The translations under genes were made by a program, and so were the position numbers. A stretch of 63,966 nucleotides of DNA, counting the filler, from Sandaracinaceae bacterium (lineage in GTDB: Bacteria; Myxococcota_A; Polyangia; Polyangiales; JADJQN01): NCBI GenBank assembly GCA_947483975.1. It is 3 parts of 3 records of this genome, joined end to end, with 100 filler letters (N's around TTAATTAATTAA, not from the genome) between each part and the next. Parts side by side here need not be neighbours in the genome. Positions count along the whole stretch, not along the records: positions 53,319 to 63,966 come from CANKOL010000165.1; 2 more parts are not named here. One strand, 5' to 3'. Positions 58,455 through 63,966 of this stretch are shown in pieces. Every line of letters starts with the position of its first letter. Within the stretch, counting starts at the first letter, position 1. The notes below the pieces were generated by a model. It was not told where the DNA came from, searched no databases, and saw only the letters and a program-made list of their open reading frames with translations.

Positions 58455-59095
58455 CACGGAGTCGCGAGGAGCTGGTCGAGCTTCGCGCGAAGCGAGGCGA
58501 GGCCGTCCGTGGTGCCGTACTCGCGGAACACGATCGTGCCCTGGTTGTCGACGATCACGGTCGCGGGCAGTGAGCCGGCCGGGAAGTAGATCTGCGTCAG
58601 CTGCGCGGGGTCGTTGAGCTCGACGTTGGTCAGGCCGTACTCGTCGACCCACGCCTGGCAGTAGGCGCCGGAGGCCGCGTGATAGGTCTCGTCCTGGAAC
58701 ATGACCTGCAGCAGGCGGATGCCGCGCGGCTCGTACTCGACCTGCAGCGCGTGAAGCTGGCTCGTCTCGTAGCGGCAGGGATTGCACCAGCCGGCCGCGA
58801 TGCTGAGGATGGTGTACTTCGCGCCGCAATAGTCAGCGTTGTAGAACGCGTACGGATCCCCGCCGCAGGTGTCGAGCGTCAGCGGCTTGAACTTCGAGCC
58901 CTCCCGCGTGCCGAAGCCCGACGTCGGCACCGTGGCGCCCGTCGTGCAGCTGAGCGGGCCGCCCGCGTCGACGTCGCCGCCGAGATCGACGGTGATGCCG
59001 GCGTCCGTCGCCGCCGGTGTGGTGTCGTCACCGCAACCAGCGAGGCCAGCGAGCGCTGCGAGCACGAGCATGGGAGTGAAAGCGGACTTCGACAT
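58454..59095 (-). CDS. Thioredoxin-fold (redoxin) lipoprotein
   Basis: LAGC-GDD lipobox; AAGWCNPC active site; SLPATVIVD..G.I; GAGGT SD. Confidence 0.85.
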   Translation of the reverse strand: MSKSAFTPMLVLAALAGLAGCGDDTTPAATDAGITVDLGGDVDAGGPLSCTTGATVPTSGFGTREGSKFKPLTLDTCGGDPYAFYNADYCGAKYTILSIAAGWCNPCRYETSQLHALQVEYEPRGIRLLQVMFQDETYHAASGAYCQAWVDEYGLTNVELNDPAQLTQIYFPAGSLPATVIVDNQGTIVFREYGTTDGLASLRAKLDQLLATP

Positions 59096-59191
59096 GACTA
59101 CCTCTTGGAGCAGGGTCGCGCGCCTCGGAGGCGTGCAGTGCGGGATGGGAATAGGGTCGCACGCCTTGGGGGCGAGCAGAATCGAGAAGTA

Positions 59192-60142
59192 TCAGAGCGG
59201 CGCGCAGACGGCGCGGGAGCCCGACACATCGCAGCCGTAGCCGGCGGGGCAGCCCGCGGTGTCGCAGTTCGTGATCGGATAACAGACGCCGTTCATGAAC
59301 GTCTTGGAGTCGCCGCTCTGAAGGCCGAAGGTGCGGAAACAGAAGTAACCCTCGTCTCGGCGACAGTCGCTGTCGACGGTGCAGCCGTCGTAGCAAGCGC
59401 CGAGATCGCCCTCCGCCTGCCCAGCGATCGCGGGGAAGCAGACGGCGTCCCCGGTGCAGGTGCCCGTCGGGAGCGTGTCGCCCGCGAAGAGATCGTTGCC
59501 GTTGTAGCCGGGGGGCAGCACGCAATAGGAGATGCAGTAGCCGCCGTTGTTGCCGGTGGGCGCGCCCGAGGAGGTCTCTTGGAGGCAGATGCCGGTGAGG
59601 CAGTCGGCGTCCCGCGCGCACGACTCGCCGTAGCTGCTGCCGGTCGTCGGCACGGTGCCCGTCGCCACACAGCGCCCCGAGATCTCGTTGCACTCGGCGC
59701 CCTCGCCGCACTCGGCGTCCGAGGTGCAGAGCCCGATGCAGCGCCCGCCGCTCGGCGGATAGCTGCCCTCGCAGGTGTAGTCGTTGCGTCCGCAGTCGAT
59801 GCCGTTGAGGCAGTTCTGCTCGCAGTAGGACTGAGTCGCACCCGTCTCGCGCAGGCAGTGATGATAGGTGTAGCCGTCATCGCACTGCGAGCGGTCGACG
59901 CACGGCACGGTGCAGCTTCCGCCGGTGTAGCCGGTGCTCGAGCGGCGACACACGGCGCCCTCGCCGGGGCACTGCGAGTCCATCACGCAGGGCCCAAAGA
60001 GCACGCTCGGCTGCGGTCCGAGGTCTGGCTGCCCGAGGTCTGGCGGGCCCGCGTCGGTCATCGGCGAGTCATCGTCGCCACAAGCAGCGAACAGCACCAG
60101 GACGAGCGAGCAGGCGGTGAGAGAGCGGAGGGGGAGGCGCAT
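59192..60142 (-). CDS. Extremely Cys-rich lipoprotein with CxxDxxC repeats
   Basis: FAAC-GDDD; DLG linker; 32 Cys after the lipidated Cys (manual count). Confidence 0.85.
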   Translation of the reverse strand: MRLPLRSLTACSLVLVLFAACGDDDSPMTDAGPPDLGQPDLGPQPSVLFGPCVMDSQCPGEGAVCRRSSTGYTGGSCTVPCVDRSQCDDGYTYHHCLRETGATQSYCEQNCLNGIDCGRNDYTCEGSYPPSGGRCIGLCTSDAECGEGAECNEISGRCVATGTVPTTGSSYGESCARDADCLTGICLQETSSGAPTGNNGGYCISYCVLPPGYNGNDLFAGDTLPTGTCTGDAVCFPAIAGQAEGDLGACYDGCTVDSDCRRDEGYFCFRTFGLQSGDSKTFMNGVCYPITNCDTAGCPAGYGCDVSGSRAVCAPL

Positions 60143-60153
60143 CGGGAGAGGCG

Positions 60154-60182
60154 ATGGTTCCGCTTGCCCGCTCAGATGTCAA
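60154..60182 (-). promoter_or_regulatory. Putative promoter of the Cys-rich lipoprotein gene
   Basis: Minus strand TTGACA-17 nt-AACCAT, 11 nt before the ATG at 60142. Confidence 0.4.
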
Positions 60183-60261
60183 TCTACACCTCGCAAGAGC
60201 TGCATTTTCGGGCATGATGGGCGGCGGCGCGCGTGGCGCGTGCCCCCTCCCCATGGATGTC

Positions 60262-61899
60262 ATGAACCCTCGCGCACGCCTCTCGACTCACTCCTCGCTC
60301 TTGACCCTCGTGGCTGCAGGCTGTCTCTGCGCGCTCCCTGCGTGCGGCGATGACGACGTGACGCCGCCCGTCCCCGACGCCGGTCCCGACGATCTCGGCG
60401 CTCCCGATCTCGGCCCGCCCGACCTCGGTCCGGTGTATCCCTCGGGCGGGACGTGCGCGGACCCGCACCTGCTCGTCGGCACGCCGACGGGCGACGTCAG
60501 CGTGGCGTTCAACACGACGGGCGAGCCGTCAGGGCAGCGCGACATCGGCCTCTCCTGCGGCAGCCAAGAGGCCCCGCGCTGGGCGCCTCAGCACATCGTG
60601 CAGTACACGGTGCCAGGCAGCGGCCTGCAGCGCGTCGACTTCTCGACGATCAGCTCAGGCACCGGGCGCCGCGTCGACACCATCGTGCAGGTGCGCACGA
60701 CCTGCGACGAGATCCCGGGGATCTTCCCGCCGAACTGCTTCGACAACACCTCGGGGACGGAGCTGCGCGCGAGCGGTTCGACGAACGCGATGGGCGGCGA
60801 GACGCTCTACTTCGTCGTCACCACGTTCGAGGCGACCGCCGCGACCGGCTGGAGCGACCGCGGCCCGATCGAGCTCACGGTCAGCTCGCGGAGCGCGACC
60901 CCGCCGACGATCACCGAGGGCACGGCGTACCGCATCGGCACGCGCGTCGAGTTCAACGCGACCGGCATGGACCCGGACGGCGACGCGGCTGGCGTGCACG
61001 CGGCCTTCCTCGACGCGGCGGGCAATCCCGTCGACCTCAGCAACAACGGCACGACCGACGAAGGCGACGTGCCCTCGCTGCAGTTCGCGACCTCGGTCGC
61101 GGGGATGACGACGTTCAGCGGCACCTCGGTCTTCGAGGGGCTCACGGCCTACATCGAGGGCGCACCGACGCGCGCGACGCAGGTCGAGCTCAGCGTGTTC
61201 GACCAGGGCTTCGCGCTGAGCTCGGCGCTGCGCGTGCCGCTGACGACGCTGACCGAGGTCGGCACGGGCGAGGCCTGTGACACGCTCAGCCGCTGCCGCG
61301 CGCCGCTCACCTGCGACGCGGGCGCCTGCGCCGTGCCGCCGGCGTTCGCAGCGCTCTGCGGGGCTGCGACGACGATCATGGTCGCCGAGCCGACGACGAC
61401 GACGACGACCGGCACGGCGTCCGGCACGGCGGGCGCGGGCACGAGCAGCTTCGCGCCCTCGCGCTGCCTCAACCCGGACGGCTCGATCCTCCCGGCGACG
61501 GGCGGCGAGAAGCTCTTCACCTTCACGGTGACGGCCGCGAACTTCGATCTCACCGCGACGACGGATGTCCCCGGGACGGGCGCGATGGAGGACACGATCC
61601 TCTACGTGCGCTCGAGCTGCGCGGACCCGGGCAGCGAGTTCGCGTGCAACGACGACATCAACTACTCGGCCGGCAACGCGCGCTCGCGCATCGAGCGCCA
61701 AGACCTGACGCCCGGCACGTACACGATCTTCGTCGAGCCCTTCGCGACGGCGTCGTCCGGGCCCGGCAGCACGACGTTCAGCCTCTCGGTCAGCCTGCGC
61801 CCCGTGCTCGCGACGGGCGCGGCGTGTGACCCCGCGCAGGTGCAGAACCGCTGCGGCGCGGGCGCCTGCCCCTCCGGCGCGACGCCGACCTGCCCGTGA
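60262..61899 (+). CDS. Cys-containing lipoprotein with two PPC-like beta-sandwich domains
   Basis: LPAC-GDDD; DLG linker; DTIVQVRTTC..CFDN and DTILYVRSSC...ACNDD, LTPGTYTIFVE. Confidence 0.78.
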   Translation: MNPRARLSTHSSLLTLVAAGCLCALPACGDDDVTPPVPDAGPDDLGAPDLGPPDLGPVYPSGGTCADPHLLVGTPTGDVSVAFNTTGEPSGQRDIGLSCGSQEAPRWAPQHIVQYTVPGSGLQRVDFSTISSGTGRRVDTIVQVRTTCDEIPGIFPPNCFDNTSGTELRASGSTNAMGGETLYFVVTTFEATAATGWSDRGPIELTVSSRSATPPTITEGTAYRIGTRVEFNATGMDPDGDAAGVHAAFLDAAGNPVDLSNNGTTDEGDVPSLQFATSVAGMTTFSGTSVFEGLTAYIEGAPTRATQVELSVFDQGFALSSALRVPLTTLTEVGTGEACDTLSRCRAPLTCDAGACAVPPAFAALCGAATTIMVAEPTTTTTTGTASGTAGAGTSSFAPSRCLNPDGSILPATGGEKLFTFTVTAANFDLTATTDVPGTGAMEDTILYVRSSCADPGSEFACNDDINYSAGNARSRIERQDLTPGTYTIFVEPFATASSGPGSTTFSLSVSLRPVLATGAACDPAQVQNRCGAGACPSGATPTCP

Positions 61900-63044
61900 C
61901 CCGCGCGCGAGAGGCTCACGCTCTCGCTGCGCATCTCCACACCGCGCTCGCGGGCGGGCTGTTCGCAGCCTCGCTCGCGGGCGTCGTGCTTTGTGGCTGC
62001 GGCGCCAAGAGCGGGCTCGAGATCGCGACGCGCGACGCGGCGGCGGTCGACGCGCCGACGCTCGACGCCGGACCTCCTGACGAGGGCACACCCGACGAGG
62101 GCGCGACGGTGCTCGACGCGGGCTGCCGCCGCGACGAGGACTGCGCCGACGACCTCGGCTGCACGCGGACGCGCTGCGGCTCGGGCGGGCTCTGCCTCGT
62201 CGTGCCGGACGACGTGAGCTGCGGCGACGGGCTGTTCTGCACGGGGGTCGAGCGCTGCGACGTGCACACAGGCTGTGTGCGGCCGACGCCGCCTTCGTGC
62301 GCGGACGCCATCGACTGCAGCGTCGACGCCTGCGACAGCACCCTCGACGGCTGCACGCACACGCCCGACGACACGCGCTGCCCGCTCAGCCATCGCTGCG
62401 ATCTCGTCCGCGGCTGCGTCGCGCGCGTGCTCGCGATCGACGTCTCTGGTGGGCTCTGGGACGTCGAGGTGCCCGGCGCGGAGATCACCTCGCTCGGCAC
62501 CACCGACCGCACGCTCGCAGACATCGCGCTCGCGAGCGACGGCACGTTCTACGGCGCGAGCTTCGGGGAGCTCGTGCGCGTCAACTCGACGAGCGGCGCG
62601 ACGACGCCCGTCGCGTCGGTGCTCACCGGCACCTTCAACGCGCTCGACTTCGGACCGGACGGGCTGCTCTACGGCGCCGGGCGCGATCAGATCGTGCGCA
62701 TCGACGTCGCCTCGGGCGCCGTCGACTACATCGCGGTGCTGCCGTCGGGCTACGAGTCGAGCGGCGACCTCGCGTTCTTGCCCGATGGGCGGATGCTGCT
62801 CACGGCGACGCGCAGCGGCAGCACATCTGTCCCCGACGACCTCTTCGAGCTGCGCCTCGACGGGCGCGCGCCGCGCCTCGTCGGCCCGATGGGCAGCCCG
62901 TGCGTGTGGGGCCTCGCGGCGTTCGGCGCGACGGTCTACGGGCTGACGTGCCGCGGCGAGGTGCTGTTCGTCGACCCGGCGACGGGCGGCTCGCGCGTGC
63001 TCTCGCGCGCAGCGGCGCGGTTTGGTGGGGCAGCGGCGAGGTGA
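61896..63044 (+). CDS. Lipoprotein with Cys-rich repeats and C-terminal beta-propeller
   Basis: LCGCG lipobox region; CGDGLFCTGVERC, CADAIDCSVDACD; blades DIALASDG, ALDFGPDG, GDLAFLPDG; GTGA overlap. Confidence 0.78.
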   Translation: MTRAREAHALAAHLHTALAGGLFAASLAGVVLCGCGAKSGLEIATRDAAAVDAPTLDAGPPDEGTPDEGATVLDAGCRRDEDCADDLGCTRTRCGSGGLCLVVPDDVSCGDGLFCTGVERCDVHTGCVRPTPPSCADAIDCSVDACDSTLDGCTHTPDDTRCPLSHRCDLVRGCVARVLAIDVSGGLWDVEVPGAEITSLGTTDRTLADIALASDGTFYGASFGELVRVNSTSGATTPVASVLTGTFNALDFGPDGLLYGAGRDQIVRIDVASGAVDYIAVLPSGYESSGDLAFLPDGRMLLTATRSGSTSVPDDLFELRLDGRAPRLVGPMGSPCVWGLAAFGATVYGLTCRGEVLFVDPATGGSRVLSRAAARFGGAAAR

Positions 63045-63116
63045 GGTAGAGGGGCTGGCGCGGCGTTCACGTCGGGAAGCGCGGCGGCCTCGCGCGGCCC
63101 GCGTATACTCCGCGCC

Positions 63117-63966
63117 GTGCGCCCCGGAGACGTCGTCGCTGAACGCTTCGAGCTCGAGCGCAAGGCGGGCTCAGGCGGCATGGGCACCGTCTACGCGGCG
63201 CTCGATCGGCTGACGGGCGCGCGGGTCGCGCTGAAGGTGCTGCACGTCCTCGACGCGGCCGATCTCCAGCGTTTTGCGCGGGAAGCCGAGGTGCTCGCGT
63301 CGCTCACGCATCCAGGCATCGTCGCGTACATCGCGCACGGGGCGACGGGCGCAGGCGTGCCCTGGCTCGCGATGGAGTGGCTCGACGGCGAGGACCTCTC
63401 GGCGCGGCTCGCGCGCGGCACGCTCAGCGTCGCGGAGGCCGTCGCGTGCGTGCAGAGCGCGGCGGAGGCGCTCGCCGTCGCGCATCGCCGCGGCATCGTG
63501 CACCGCGACGTGAAGGCGTCGAACGTGTTCCTCGTCGCGGGCGACGTCACGCAGGTGAAGCTCGTCGACTTCGGCATCGCGCGGCTCGCGCGCGGCGCCC
63601 GCGGACCGACGCGCACGGGCATCATCGTCGGCACGCCGCACTCGATGTCGCCCGAGCAGGCGCGCGGCGAGCGCACCGTCGACGCGCGCACGGACGTCTG
63701 GGCCCTCGGCTGCTTGCTGTTCGAGGCGCTCGCCGGGCGCCCGCCGTTCGACAGCGAGAGCGCCGTCGGGGTGCTCGCGAAGCTCCTGCTCGACGAGCCC
63801 GCGGACCTCCGCGCGCTCCGCGCAGACGTGCCCGCAGCGCTCGCGGAGCTCGTCACGCGCACGCTCCAGAAGGACCCCGACGCGCGCTTCGCGGACGGCG
63901 CCGCGCTCGCCCGCGCCCTCGCGGACCTCGGCGCGGACGCCCCCGACGCGACGGCGAGCGACCGAG
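63117..63966 (+). CDS. Hanks-type Ser/Thr kinase; runs off the window end (absent from ORF track)
   Basis: From GTG 63117: RFELERKAGSGGMGTVY, VALK, HRDVKASN, DFG, GTPHSMSPEQ, DVWALG. Confidence 0.93.
   Translation, partial: MRPGDVVAERFELERKAGSGGMGTVYAALDRLTGARVALKVLHVLDAADLQRFAREAEVLASLTHPGIVAYIAHGATGAGVPWLAMEWLDGEDLSARLARGTLSVAEAVACVQSAAEALAVAHRRGIVHRDVKASNVFLVAGDVTQVKLVDFGIARLARGARGPTRTGIIVGTPHSMSPEQARGERTVDARTDVWALGCLLFEALAGRPPFDSESAVGVLAKLLLDEPADLRALRADVPAALAELVTRTLQKDPDARFADGAALARALADLGADAPDATASDR

Noticed and set aside
55917..59095. Possible selenocysteine recoding in the redoxin operon
   Set aside because: All active-site positions are Cys codons and no in-frame TGA interrupts the domains.

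Overview
Very GC-rich bacterial DNA, most likely a draft or metagenome-assembled Myxococcota (Polyangiales/Sandaracinaceae-like) genome. That assignment is inferred from the Hanks-type kinases, FHA proteins, pil genes and many Cys-rich DAG/DLG-linker lipoproteins. The window is three unrelated contigs joined by artificial 100-bp linkers (44 N + TTAATTAATTAA + 44 N) at 26743-26842 and 53219-53318, so gene order is meaningless across them. Contig 1: purM-purN, a degenerate flavoprotein, a fragmented type IV pilus locus (pilT, inserted TPR-like/Ser-Thr kinase pair, pilC, pilS), a hydrolase/trpG-like operon, two convergent FHA-zinc-ribbon paralogs, an MCE protein with a barrel-like tail, and uppP-manC-PMM. 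Contig 2: an M16 protease pair, a ferritin-like protein, a plant-type gpmI, a domain-swapped aconitase-family enzyme, biotin carboxylase, a beta-integrin/CglD-like lipoprotein, two hybrid kinases, an L,D-transpeptidase-like protein, and a coupled operon of lipoprotein, Cyc2-like cytochrome-porin and dihaem cytochrome c next to a FixL-like PAS kinase. Contig 3: an Omp85 protein, an operon in which two thioredoxin-fold proteins flank an outer-membrane barrel with a C-terminal CxGGVC, several very Cys-rich lipoproteins, and a truncated kinase. The best candidates for new biology are the Cyc2-like electron conduit, the possible trans-outer-membrane thiol relay, apparent widespread leaderless transcription, and two 53-aa ORFs absent from the ORF track. 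I saw no rRNA, tRNA, CRISPR array or transposase. All family calls come from motif recognition by eye, not database searches.
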